A DNA stretch of 64,000 nucleotides from a virus (IMGVR_UViG_3300024346_000008:64001-128000), one strand, 5' to 3'; shown: positions 8,196 to 17,966, numbered from the stretch's first letter. The notes: generated from the letters alone by a model not told the origin. Numbers and translations are program-made.

Positions 8196-9128
8196 TCAAC
8201 TTGTTAAAATGGTATGTAATACTGTTATAAAATTAATTTCTTTATCAATCACTTGACTGTCCCACCGGCACCCGTCTCCAATTGCAATGATTGCTTGTGA
8301 AATTTTATTGGGGGCATATTGTTCAACATAATCAAATAATACTCGGTATAATTCGGTAAAGTCTTGAATCTGTGCGTCAGCCACAATCTTTCGAATTTCC
8401 GTAACCTTATCCTTCAAAGTCAAATTACTGGTCAGTGCATCCACGACCTTTAGTTTAACATCCTGTCCAATCAGTTCATCAACACTTACTTGCAGTTTTC
8501 CATCACGGGATTGTAACTGTGCAGTATTAATAATCTTTCTAATATCTGGATAATATACATTAACAATCTGTGCAATCGTCTTCGTATCGTATTCCACATT
8601 CTCATTTTTTAGGATATCTGCCAACTTCTTTGCCACATCCTTCTTACTAGGTGGAGTCAACTTATATACCTGCGTTCGACTCACCAGTGGGTCGATAATT
8701 CGTTCCACATAATTTGCCGTCAAAATAAATCGGGTTGATGCCGCATGAGCTTCCATCATATTACGAAGTGCCGGTTGTGCTTCTCGTCCCAAGAAGTCTG
8801 CCTCATCCAATACAACAATCTTTAAAGGTGCAAATCCAACGGTTGACGCAAATCCCTTAATCTTATCACGAACCGTATCAATGCCACGTTCGTCAGATGC
8901 GTTAATAAACATATAATCACAATCAATGTTCTTAACAAGAATTTTGGCGGCAGTCGTTTTACCAGTTCCAGCAGTTCCGTAAAACAGTAGATGTGGAATA
9001 TCCTGTGTTTGGATGTATTGTTCCAATTTTGCTTTAATTACATCATTACCGATATAGTTTTCAAGAACATCGGGTCTATACTTTTCTGTCCAAATCGTAT
9101 GTTCGTTCACACCTTTCTCCATAGCCAC
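8196..9128 (-). CDS. Clamp loader AAA+ subunit (gp44/RFC-like)
   Basis: WTEKYRP, GTAGTGKT, INASDERGID, LDEAD. Confidence 0.95.
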   Translation of the reverse strand: MAMEKGVNEHTIWTEKYRPDVLENYIGNDVIKAKLEQYIQTQDIPHLLFYGTAGTGKTTAAKILVKNIDCDYMFINASDERGIDTVRDKIKGFASTVGFAPLKIVVLDEADFLGREAQPALRNMMEAHAASTRFILTANYVERIIDPLVSRTQVYKLTPPSKKDVAKKLADILKNENVEYDTKTIAQIVNVYYPDIRKIINTAQLQSRDGKLQVSVDELIGQDVKLKVVDALTSNLTLKDKVTEIRKIVADAQIQDFTELYRVLFDYVEQYAPNKISQAIIAIGDGCRWDSQVIDKEINFITVLHTILTS

Positions 9129-10336
9129 ACTGGCTCGGCAAAAATTTTATTAACAGAGTTATCTACTCTGTCCATTGTATCGTCTGTCCATTCGTTCGGC
9201 GCACTTCCTTGTGTCACGGTTCCTGCTCCAGCACTATTCGGTCGTTTGGACATTTCCATTCCAATTGCACCTAGATATTCAAGACCCAATGATTGTAAAT
9301 GATCGTTCATAGGATTGGTAATCTCTAACCATCGTTTCTGTCCTTTCCCTGATGTAGAAAACACATCAGCAATGTTTATTGCCATAATACCACCGACTCG
9401 CATTGCTGGATAAATATTGGTTAATACTTGATGTAAGAACTTTTCATTCCACTCTTCAATAGACTTATATCGTTTAAAACTCTGAGTATCATCCGTACTA
9501 TAATGTTCTACATTAAAATATGGTGGTGAAGTGAATACTATGTCAAAGTACTCATTATACTCTGAAAAGTCAACCCCTTCCGCGGGTAATTCATAGAAAG
9601 TGGTTCTTTTATCGTTCTCAAAAAAACTACTATGTTTTACATAAAATTCTTTTTGTTTTTCATATAATGGGTGATTATCTGTATTGGGGTCCATACCAAC
9701 ATAATGTTCTGTTGTATTTGCCGCATAGAATCCTGCTAACCTATCTCCCCATCCCATTGAAAAGTCCAATACATTTTTAGATTGAAACATATCGTACAAT
9801 GACTTTGCTACATTTGGTCTGAACTGTGAGCAAGTATATTTCCGTAGATGCAAACATCCTCGCAATGTAGACTTATCAATACGAGGAACTTTTAACGTGA
9901 ACAGTGACCCCATGAGACTCACCATTGTACTCTTAGTTCTCCATGTTTTCTCGGGACCAGGCGAACGATTTGAATTTGCTTTCCAACGATTTTCTTGTTG
10001 AAAATAATTTGATGCGGCATTGCCAGTATTACTTTTTGAAAATAACATTGGGTTGTTTTCAAACAATAAAGAATAATTGGAATTCTTTGTCCGTGAAAAC
10101 CATTCCTGTTCTTTAATCCCTTCGTTCCAACGAACACTTTTTAATTGCATATAACTAGTATACGCATCTTCTTCACTGATATCATTGTAGGGAATGGCGT
10201 ACGTCATGCAAACCGTTGCCATACTTTCTTTGATATCATCTACGGAGAACGTTTTTTTAATATATTGCCATTCGTCCGCACTTATTTCTAAGTACGGAGT
10301 CATGGCTAAAAATTTATCGAAATAATTTTGATACAT
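9107..10336 (-). CDS. SAM-dependent DNA amino-methyltransferase (m4C/m6A type)
   Basis: Motif I VLDFSMGWGDRL; motif IV FTSPPYF. Confidence 0.85.
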   Translation of the reverse strand: MYQNYFDKFLAMTPYLEISADEWQYIKKTFSVDDIKESMATVCMTYAIPYNDISEEDAYTSYMQLKSVRWNEGIKEQEWFSRTKNSNYSLLFENNPMLFSKSNTGNAASNYFQQENRWKANSNRSPGPEKTWRTKSTMVSLMGSLFTLKVPRIDKSTLRGCLHLRKYTCSQFRPNVAKSLYDMFQSKNVLDFSMGWGDRLAGFYAANTTEHYVGMDPNTDNHPLYEKQKEFYVKHSSFFENDKRTTFYELPAEGVDFSEYNEYFDIVFTSPPYFNVEHYSTDDTQSFKRYKSIEEWNEKFLHQVLTNIYPAMRVGGIMAINIADVFSTSGKGQKRWLEITNPMNDHLQSLGLEYLGAIGMEMSKRPNSAGAGTVTQGSAPNEWTDDTMDRVDNSVNKIFAEPVWLWRKV

Positions 10337-11587
10337 TTATTCTGTTTCGGTTTCAATATCCACTGAATTAGTACGTTTTACTAGTTTCATATTATATTCA
10401 TTGACCTTTGGTTCTCTAGGAATTCCCTCTTTCAATACCAAATCTTGCTTAAATAACTTAGTATAGGCAATGTGATGATGTGGACGACCATCCTTGTGCA
10501 TTTCATGGGTTAGAGTAACAATTTTTCCCCAATGCTTCTTTAGTTCATCAAACTTTTTCTGATATCCAGAAGTATTGCCACCTTCATAAATGGTATCCGT
10601 GTTTCCACCACGCATGGTACCCGTAGTTTGTTTTCCACTCAATAACGTATTAAAGTTGACTGTGCACAAATCACCAGTGGACAATACTCGTAGAGACAAA
10701 TCGGTATCTTCGTTGTACGTTCCTCTCCACCGTTCTTCTAATCGGGTGTCCAATAATTCAGAATTGATTAGAATGCAACTATATACTCTTGTGTTTTTTA
10801 TAAATTGACTACGACCTGGTTCTGTCGCAGGAACAAATGACATATACTGACATCCAACCAATCCCAAGTTTTCATATCGGTCACTGAAATCTTCCATGAT
10901 TCTGAAAAATACACCGTCTTTAACTTTCTTCTTTAAATTGTTATTCCACCGATAAAATCCAAGAATATTATCATCGACTACCCAATGCTTTTTGTGACCA
11001 TTCTTAACGGCATGATCCCATACAAAATTTCGAACAGGGATACTACCTCTCTTTAATTCACTAAAGTTTTTAGGAAGTTTTATAATCTTCTTCTTGTCTA
11101 CCTTTGCAGCATACGAATCGTATTCTGCGGGTTCCACGCATATATAAAAATCAATTCCCATTTCTTCAAGCGTGTCAATGGTAAAGGTTTTTTCCCATCG
11201 ACCTTTGGTAATTACATATATCGGATACTTTGGGTAAATTTTATGAGTATACGCATACTCATAATCTCTCAATGGATTTTCATTAAGATCATAATGTACA
11301 TAACGACTTGCGTTATTTTCCTTCAAACCAAACGTCTTATATACTATATTACGTTCCATTTGGTTTTTAACAAACACATTGACTATGCACCGTTCCATCA
11401 GATACGGCGACCATACAAATTCGGGCAGATTGAAATAATGTTCGCATTCCAAATCGTACAAATTATGATTTTTATAATCAAATTCATATGAAAGTGTATA
11501 ATCCCAGAAGTCACCTTCAATAAGCGTATTATTTAAAATGTCAGCAACTTTTTCTTTGTGACTTGTGTGGATTTTAATTATTTCCAT
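10337..11587 (-). CDS. GREB1/TET-associated-type (TAGT) glycosyltransferase with N-terminal extension
   Basis: YPIYVITKGR, VEPAEY, RNFVWDHA, HWVVDDNI, RVYSCIL, RWRGTYNEDTDLSLR, MRGGNTD. Confidence 0.82.
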   Translation of the reverse strand: MEIIKIHTSHKEKVADILNNTLIEGDFWDYTLSYEFDYKNHNLYDLECEHYFNLPEFVWSPYLMERCIVNVFVKNQMERNIVYKTFGLKENNASRYVHYDLNENPLRDYEYAYTHKIYPKYPIYVITKGRWEKTFTIDTLEEMGIDFYICVEPAEYDSYAAKVDKKKIIKLPKNFSELKRGSIPVRNFVWDHAVKNGHKKHWVVDDNILGFYRWNNNLKKKVKDGVFFRIMEDFSDRYENLGLVGCQYMSFVPATEPGRSQFIKNTRVYSCILINSELLDTRLEERWRGTYNEDTDLSLRVLSTGDLCTVNFNTLLSGKQTTGTMRGGNTDTIYEGGNTSGYQKKFDELKKHWGKIVTLTHEMHKDGRPHHHIAYTKLFKQDLVLKEGIPREPKVNEYNMKLVKRTNSVDIETETE

Positions 11588-11601
11588 ATGTTATACCTGT
11601 A

Positions 11602-12321
11602 TTAAATAGAAATCTGAACCAGATAATACGTTGATGTATATCCGTTTGCATCAAACTTTACGACCGACAATCCCTTTGAACTAATCTGTAAGGTTCCATT
11701 ATTGATTTCCTTATTTGCCATAAGAATTTCACGAAGATAATCGGCAGAGAAACTAATAGGCGCCACCTTTGTAGCTACGTCGGTTGCCACCGTAATAGAA
11801 ATTCTATTGGTGTTATTAGAAGAATGACCAATCACCACTTCGGCAGTCTTATCGTCACCTGAACTCATCACCGTAAATGTTTCCACATCATTCAACGCAC
11901 CCTTTGCCTTCACGAATGTACCAACGAACTTATCATCCAATAGAATAGTAAAATCTACCGCTGGAAGTTTCTTTAACTCCGGTACTGCGGGAATGACAGT
12001 TGCATCAGCAAGTACAAACGTTGCCTTCGTGGAGTTATCCGTCAGATTCAACCCCGTCATCTTACCATTAGCAACACTGGCATTGACTGTAATATTTTCG
12101 TCCAGTACACCTAGAATCGACCGAAGTTTCTTGGTGTCGTATACGCCGAATTCACCTTCGGGAAACTTAATCTGCTCTGCCGTAATTTCAACAAGAACAT
12201 TCTTGTCAGCGGAAATAGTACGCACGGAGAGATTGTCACCGTCTGACTTCAAGGTAACACTCTCACACGAACCACCCAAATTATACTTACTAATAAACTT
12301 TTCTAGCTTTGACTTTTCCAT
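11602..12321 (-). CDS. Sliding clamp (gp45-like)
   Basis: Size, EFGVYD, C-terminal TYYLV and clamp-loader context. Confidence 0.8.
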   Translation of the reverse strand: MEKSKLEKFISKYNLGGSCESVTLKSDGDNLSVRTISADKNVLVEITAEQIKFPEGEFGVYDTKKLRSILGVLDENITVNASVANGKMTGLNLTDNSTKATFVLADATVIPAVPELKKLPAVDFTILLDDKFVGTFVKAKGALNDVETFTVMSSGDDKTAEVVIGHSSNNTNRISITVATDVATKVAPISFSADYLREILMANKEINNGTLQISSKGLSVVKFDANGYTSTYYLVQISI

Positions 12322-12340
12322 AACCGTTACCTATTAATTG

Positions 12341-12697
12341 TTAATATTGTGTATCTTCATACCACATTTTTGACAGTTTCCCGTCCGTAAATCTTGCAAA
12401 ATAATCACGCCATACATTGTTGCTATGCATACTCTTATAGAACATAATATCCCCGTGGTAATCTGTCAAGTACTCACGACGATAACTTCCTTCTATTCTC
12501 TGTAGATGCCCTTTAAACATATATCCTTCATCTGTTATCCATTCGTTATCCCACCGTTCTTCGTACAATTCACCGTTGGCGGTAATAACATACTTAGCCA
12601 GTGCATTTTCAAGTGACTTAGTTTGGTACCATTCATCGGTAATCTCGGTATTACCGGGGAGTATTTGTTCTATTCTAATTTCATCAAACATGCCCAT
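12341..12697 (-). CDS. Conserved phage hypothetical protein
   Basis: MGMFD...QTKSL...HGDIMFY...ARFTDGKL. Confidence 0.75.
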   Translation of the reverse strand: MGMFDEIRIEQILPGNTEITDEWYQTKSLENALAKYVITANGELYEERWDNEWITDEGYMFKGHLQRIEGSYRREYLTDYHGDIMFYKSMHSNNVWRDYFARFTDGKLSKMWYEDTQY

Positions 12698-12700
12698 AAA

Positions 12701-13207
12701 CTATCTCCATTTATTAATATTGATGCGTAGTCTTTCCCAATTGAAATGGGGTCCTGGATCAATTTTTCTTCCTCTGGGAATTGCAATATCAGAATGTCCA
12801 ATAATTACTTTCGATGTAGAATCATTATATCGTGATTGTAATTGCTTTATAAGCCATCCCGCACTATTATATTGTTTTTCTGTATATGCTTCTGGTGGGT
12901 CATTTTGTAAACAAATACCAATACTATATTTATTTAATCGAAACATTCCCTTATAATAGGAAATACCTGCGTGTGAGGCTTCATACTTGGGATCGATTAA
13001 TTTAATGATAGTACCGTCGCGTTGAATATAATAATGATAACTATTTCTTTTTTTAATTAATGTTCGCCGTGTCGATTTATATGAACCACCATCATCATAA
13101 TGTAATACAATATAATTAGTGGCACCTCTTACTGTTTTCTTTACAGGTAATGGCTTATTTAATAATGTTGGTGCCAACAATTGTGCAATCAATAACATTT
13201 TTAGCAT
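12701..13207 (-). CDS. N-acetylmuramoyl-L-alanine amidase (Amidase_2) with signal-peptide-like N-terminus
   Basis: IVLH, SYHYYI, ASHAG, SIGI, GHSD, RKIDPG; AGGAG SD. Confidence 0.9.
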   Translation of the reverse strand: MLKMLLIAQLLAPTLLNKPLPVKKTVRGATNYIVLHYDDGGSYKSTRRTLIKKRNSYHYYIQRDGTIIKLIDPKYEASHAGISYYKGMFRLNKYSIGICLQNDPPEAYTEKQYNSAGWLIKQLQSRYNDSTSKVIIGHSDIAIPRGRKIDPGPHFNWERLRININKWR

Positions 13208-13222
13208 ATATTTCTCCTATAA

Positions 13223-13345
13223 GCGGCACCAGGGGAGTCGAACCCCGCATAGATTTCTCTAAGTCCTTGGCTAGCATAGTGTGGTCATAACATTGGGGTA
13301 GCAACCCGTCCACTCCTACCGTCGTCCCGCCCGACTGTGGTGCCA
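13223..13345 (-). ncRNA. tRNA-like RNA with non-canonical central region
   Basis: Acceptor GGCACCA/TGGTGCC, D-like arm GTCG-GGCGGGA-CGAC, T arm GGGG-TTCGACT-CCCC. No 7-nt anticodon loop and no encoded CCA. Confidence 0.7.
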
Positions 13346-13350
13346 AAATA

Positions 13351-13686
13351 TTAATTTTTGGGACGATTTAACATCTTTGATAGTTCACTTTGAAACAATG
13401 GTACTACCTTTTGAAGAATACCCTCTACAAAGTCAATCTGTGAGGCACGATATAAATTCTCATCAAATATAACAGAAATATTAATTTTACTAGCAAACGA
13501 GTTGGGGTCAAACACTCTCTCAGCTCTATAATCAAACTTCTTTTTTACTTCTCTATTTAAGTTCTCCCAACGAGCGGATAGTTCATCACGTTCTTTGGTC
13601 AACTTAGTATTATTTTCTTTGAGTAAGGCATTTTGGGCAAGTGCCCGTTCTAATTTTTCCCATATGAAATTGGTTTCTTGTCCCAT
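13351..13686 (-). CDS. Coiled-coil hypothetical protein
   Basis: Heptad-like N-terminal half; coupled to the ligase stop. Confidence 0.7.
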   Translation of the reverse strand: MGQETNFIWEKLERALAQNALLKENNTKLTKERDELSARWENLNREVKKKFDYRAERVFDPNSFASKINISVIFDENLYRASQIDFVEGILQKVVPLFQSELSKMLNRPKN

Positions 13687-14786
13687 TAAAACTCTCCTGG
13701 AAAACGGATAGACACCCCGACCGGAAAGATCGGGATGTTATCACGGCTCAGTTCTTGATAGCGAACCGTCAAATATTTACCTACCAATTCCTTACGAGTG
13801 TTGAATAGTTCCGCTCGATTGCTCTGAGTGCCTTCTGGACGGCAATTGAAACGGTTACCGTCATCTGTTTCCAAGATGAAAATAGCAAGCCCTGCATCAG
13901 AGCCAGCACCATCAACAACATCAACAATACGATATTCTGCATCGACAAAATCCTTGAGTTTAAGTAGTGAATACGAACGCTTACCAATTTCATATTCCAT
14001 CGACGGATTACGAATCATGGTTCCTTCAAATCCTTCTGACACAAATTGTGTATGCTGTTTATAGACTTCGGTTTCATCCATACACTCCACCGTCTTAACC
14101 ATAACTACATTTGGTGGGGCGTTATGCATAAGATCAATAATAATCTGCTGACGCATAGCATATGGAAGTTCATTGTCCACGATATCATATACATGATACA
14201 TGAGTAGAGGTGACAGTTCTGGACGATACTTTTTGATAGCCTTCATGCTTTCCTGCAACAACTGATTATTGGGAAGCATCAGTTCACCATCAAGAATAAA
14301 TCCACCCGTATCAAACCGAAGGTGCTGAATCACTTCGGGGATAATTTCTTTGTTGCCCCGACTCCGTGCTTCTGTACCGTTGAACAACATACGCATACCA
14401 TTCAACTTGGGTTGAATATAGGACGGCCATTCCACCTTGTTCATATGATCCTTGAACTTGTGCGCCAACATCGGCATAGGCCAGCTATCTACCTTCTCAC
14501 CTTCCCGATAGAATCCCTTATCCAACTGCTTCTTGATAATAGCATCGAACTCAAAGAACGCCTGTTCTTCACTGTTACGTTCGTTTGCCCGTCCAATGTT
14601 TGTTGGTGCGGCAAAGTACGGTTCAGACGTTTGCTTCTTGGTTTCACGGCCCGTCTTGGTCAACTGATACCATTCGGTCTGTGTGTAGAAATTGGTATCG
14701 TCTTGAAGGATATGCAACCGCCAGAACTTACGGTTACCGGCCTTGTTTTCAGAAATGAGCAGGTCACTACTTTTAATGATTTTCAT
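13686..14786 (-). CDS. ATP-dependent DNA ligase (start MKIIK)
   Basis: PMLA, QPKLNGMR, LDGEL, YHVYD, FEGTMIR, LLKLK and an OB domain. Confidence 0.92.
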   Translation of the reverse strand: MKIIKSSDLLISENKAGNRKFWRLHILQDDTNFYTQTEWYQLTKTGRETKKQTSEPYFAAPTNIGRANERNSEEQAFFEFDAIIKKQLDKGFYREGEKVDSWPMPMLAHKFKDHMNKVEWPSYIQPKLNGMRMLFNGTEARSRGNKEIIPEVIQHLRFDTGGFILDGELMLPNNQLLQESMKAIKKYRPELSPLLMYHVYDIVDNELPYAMRQQIIIDLMHNAPPNVVMVKTVECMDETEVYKQHTQFVSEGFEGTMIRNPSMEYEIGKRSYSLLKLKDFVDAEYRIVDVVDGAGSDAGLAIFILETDDGNRFNCRPEGTQSNRAELFNTRKELVGKYLTVRYQELSRDNIPIFPVGVSIRFPGEF

Positions 14787-14787
14787 A

Positions 14788-14907
14788 TTAGTTGTTAGAT
14801 TTGCAGGAACACATGCCCTGACACTTCGGGCAATCACATTCACCATAGGAATAGGCCGTACAGCGGCCTGACAACATCTGGAAGTACTTCATACAGTATT
14901 TACACAT
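14788..14907 (-). CDS. 39-aa, 8-Cys miniprotein (not in ORF track)
   Basis: MCKYCMKYFQMLSGRCTAYSYGECDCPKCQGMCSCKSNN; GAGG SD; first ORF after a promoter; stop 1 nt before the ligase ATG. Confidence 0.72.
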   Translation of the reverse strand: MCKYCMKYFQMLSGRCTAYSYGECDCPKCQGMCSCKSNN

Positions 14908-14935
14908 ATTTTGACCTCGGTTGTGGTATACTAGT

Positions 14936-14964
14936 AATATAATCAATCATACCCAAAAAGTCAA
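14936..14964 (-). promoter_or_regulatory. sigma70-type promoter
   Basis: TTGACT-17 bp-TATATT. Confidence 0.8.
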
Positions 14965-14977
14965 GGGGTATTATACA

Positions 14978-15436
14978 TTATTTATTGGATTTAACATATG
15001 CCCCTAGTACAAAGGTAGCGGCAATTAATACCATATTTTTCAATATATATTGACCTTCTAATGTTAATATAAATGGGAAGTATATAAACATTCTTTCTGG
15101 GAAAATGATTAATGGCATCCATGCTCCTATCATTTGCGTCCACAATAGGAACAAGGTAGTGCGTTGAAATATATTACATAGAAATCCTATCCCAATCAAT
15201 GTTTCCCAGACGGCAAGTATTTTAATACTAATATACGATGGAATCATTCCAAAGGTAAGTACATTAATAGTATCAGTTGCTAATGATTCGGCAGGAGATA
15301 CGTTCGGGAAAAACTTCAAGAACCCAAACCAAAAGAATACAATACCAAGAGATATACGCAAGGTATCTAACGCATATCTCTTAAACAACGGTATTAAGTA
15401 TTGGTCTAATTTAGAAGGAAAAGAAGTCAGTCGCAT
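14978..15436 (-). CDS. DoxX-family membrane protein (start uncertain)
   Basis: LRISLGIVFFWFGFLKFF, SPAE, TLEGQYILKN; about 4 hydrophobic segments. Confidence 0.8.
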   Translation of the reverse strand: MRLTSFPSKLDQYLIPLFKRYALDTLRISLGIVFFWFGFLKFFPNVSPAESLATDTINVLTFGMIPSYISIKILAVWETLIGIGFLCNIFQRTTLFLLWTQMIGAWMPLIIFPERMFIYFPFILTLEGQYILKNMVLIAATFVLGAYVKSNK

Positions 15437-17936
15437 TCTGGTTAATTTCTGTTGGGATATTTCCCCACTTAAGAGCAGTATAAAAGTCATCCAACTTATT
15501 CCGCAATTCATTTTCAAATAACGCATCGGTATCAATATACTCCGTAATCATATCCACAATTTGCGGAGGGTCTTGATATCCCTTAATTGCCAATGCATCA
15601 ATGTGCAAAGGATTATCCTTCAGATACACATATTTAATCTTTGCGCCATCGGCAATGGGTTCATATCGTGTTTGAATATTGAAATGCGTCAACAATCTGT
15701 TATACACAATTGCTGCCTTAATATGTGCAGGAGTTCCCTTCTTGAATCTATTAATACCACCGCCGCCCTCACCTGCGGCAAATTGACTAATATTATTTGC
15801 TGAAGTATTTCGTGCCACTTCCAAATAATGACGAGTTTTAATAGATGTTTTCAACGCAAGAATCTTATCATCTAATTCTTGCTTATCTACTCTACCCAAA
15901 ATATCCTTCAACATTTGTGTCATGAACTCCCGAAATGCTTTAGGAAACGATGATCTTACGACATCCAATCCCTTTACAACGAGTTTACTGACATTCTGGC
16001 GGGTTTCCAAGTCATATACCTTATCCAACGCATATCGTTTCTTGGCGACCCAGAATCCCGTCTTGGCGACACTTTCTCCCTTAATGTGGAACTTATGACT
16101 ATCACAATTGAACATACGCTTTGCCATAGAATTATAAAATGTATTCAACGTACTTTCCATTTCATAGGCAATATTAATCGTAGAAGTAAGGTCATCTGTA
16201 CTTCCTTCAACAAACAATGGTTTTGCTGGGAAGTATACCGAGTCAGTGTCAACATATACACAATGATCTTTCTGTTCACCCGTTGCCTTTTCATACTTCT
16301 TATTGATAAACTTTGCAGTAGTCTTAATTACATCTTGTCCCGTCAAAGTTACTGCTGCAGCATTGTCAACGTCATAGAAACGGAATACGGGCAATCCCAA
16401 CACACCATACAATGAATTCAAGAAAATCTTCTGAATGTGCTGACGCTGGTCGTAATATGCTGCTTGGACCTTATCACCTTCATTTGTATACTTCTTCATA
16501 AGATTCTTATATTCTACACGTTTGGCAAACCATTCTTCTAATACCTCTGGAATGATTCCTTTGGCAGTCGTAGTGTATAATACACCGTTAGATGCAATCG
16601 TAAGATTATTTTCTGTTAGGAAATTAACAAATGCGTCATATTCCAATTCCACCGTCGTATCATTACCCATTTCTTGTACAACATAGGCAACAATTTCTTT
16701 ACGGAAATGTTTTTCCATATCAAAGTTCAAGACCTTAGCAATCTTGGTTTCTGGACTGATATTGAGGCTCATAATAATCGATGGATATAGCGATTGTAAG
16801 TCCAATGAATAAATCCAATCATACAATCCAGGTACAGGTTCTTGAACATATGCCCCCGCAAACCCTTCTTCTCCACGATCCAATGCCTCCATCTTTTCCT
16901 TGCTATCCTTTGGTTTATCGGTCACGATAATTCCCTTACGATGTAGATAGGTAACGATAGTTCCTTCAAGGAATCTGGAACTCATACCATAATCCTCATA
17001 CGGCACATGTCCAATGTGACAAATACCACGCACCAAATCGATCAGATTCAGTTTCTTATCTAGATCAACAATAATGCGCACGTCCTGTAAGTTATACTCA
17101 ATGAATTTATCCAAATCATCTCGGAACAAATCATCAAGAGAACCTTCGTAGTCTACCTTGCCCATACCCACTTCCAATCGTCCAATCGTATCAAGACGAT
17201 AGTTGGGTTGTTGGGTATATGTGAACTTCTTATACAGGTCCAAATAATCCAACGACGATACGCCAGCAATTTTATATCGTTCCATGCGTTCAGAATACTT
17301 TACTCGACCAATAGGACTCAATCGATTTGCCGTACCTTTTCCACATACTTGACGAATACGATTATACAGATAGGGCACATCAAATCCGTTACTGTTCCAT
17401 CCACTGATAATGGTTGGACAGATTTGTTCATATGAATTAATAAACTTATGGAGTAGGTCTACCTCATCGGCACAAAAGTGTACGGTTGCTTCGTCCGATT
17501 CACGGTCAGTATACAACTGGCGTTTATCCAACACAAAGACTTCATACTTCTTTACAAGAGGATCATATAACGCAATCGATGTAATTTCATTGTTTGGATT
17601 CTCAGTATTGGGAATGCCATTTTCCATTGACACCTCAATGTCAAAGAATAATGTGATATTTCCCTCAGACGAGGTATCTTCGTTTAGATATAAATCAGTT
17701 AGTACGCGAGTTTCCTTTGGAAGATCGCTCTCAAATACATTAGGATTTCCACGAATGAAACGTCTCGTTTTACTGAGGCGTTCTCCCGTCATACTGATAT
17801 ATTTACCCTTGGGGTCACGAACATATGCGTAATTAAAGTCGGAGAGCGGGAGTGTAATAAGTCCCTGTGCATCATCCCAAATATAAACTGTTTGTTCGTC
17901 GGACGTTGAATCGATAAAAATATTTTGATACGCCAT
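15411..17936 (-). CDS. Family B DNA polymerase (gp43-like)
   Basis: Exonuclease FDIE, GWNSNGFD, YNLQD; polymerase DLQSLYPS, KIFLNSLYG, YVDTDS. Confidence 0.97.
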   Translation of the reverse strand: MAYQNIFIDSTSDEQTVYIWDDAQGLITLPLSDFNYAYVRDPKGKYISMTGERLSKTRRFIRGNPNVFESDLPKETRVLTDLYLNEDTSSEGNITLFFDIEVSMENGIPNTENPNNEITSIALYDPLVKKYEVFVLDKRQLYTDRESDEATVHFCADEVDLLHKFINSYEQICPTIISGWNSNGFDVPYLYNRIRQVCGKGTANRLSPIGRVKYSERMERYKIAGVSSLDYLDLYKKFTYTQQPNYRLDTIGRLEVGMGKVDYEGSLDDLFRDDLDKFIEYNLQDVRIIVDLDKKLNLIDLVRGICHIGHVPYEDYGMSSRFLEGTIVTYLHRKGIIVTDKPKDSKEKMEALDRGEEGFAGAYVQEPVPGLYDWIYSLDLQSLYPSIIMSLNISPETKIAKVLNFDMEKHFRKEIVAYVVQEMGNDTTVELEYDAFVNFLTENNLTIASNGVLYTTTAKGIIPEVLEEWFAKRVEYKNLMKKYTNEGDKVQAAYYDQRQHIQKIFLNSLYGVLGLPVFRFYDVDNAAAVTLTGQDVIKTTAKFINKKYEKATGEQKDHCVYVDTDSVYFPAKPLFVEGSTDDLTSTINIAYEMESTLNTFYNSMAKRMFNCDSHKFHIKGESVAKTGFWVAKKRYALDKVYDLETRQNVSKLVVKGLDVVRSSFPKAFREFMTQMLKDILGRVDKQELDDKILALKTSIKTRHYLEVARNTSANNISQFAAGEGGGGINRFKKGTPAHIKAAIVYNRLLTHFNIQTRYEPIADGAKIKYVYLKDNPLHIDALAIKGYQDPPQIVDMITEYIDTDALFENELRNKLDDFYTALKWGNIPTEINQNATDFFSF

Positions 17937-17966
17937 GTAACCTCTTAAATGAGAAGAACTATCTTA

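Noticed and set aside
8196-9128. Eukaryotic giant virus or archaeal origin suggested by RFC, family B polymerase, GT60 and SNF2
   Set aside because: sigma70 promoters, SD sites, a peptidoglycan amidase, and baseplate and tape measure genes indicate a tailed bacteriophage.
13155-13346. 63-aa minus-strand ORF over the tRNA-like element
   Set aside because: Starts at TTG without an SD and overlaps the amidase; the RNA structure explains the region better.
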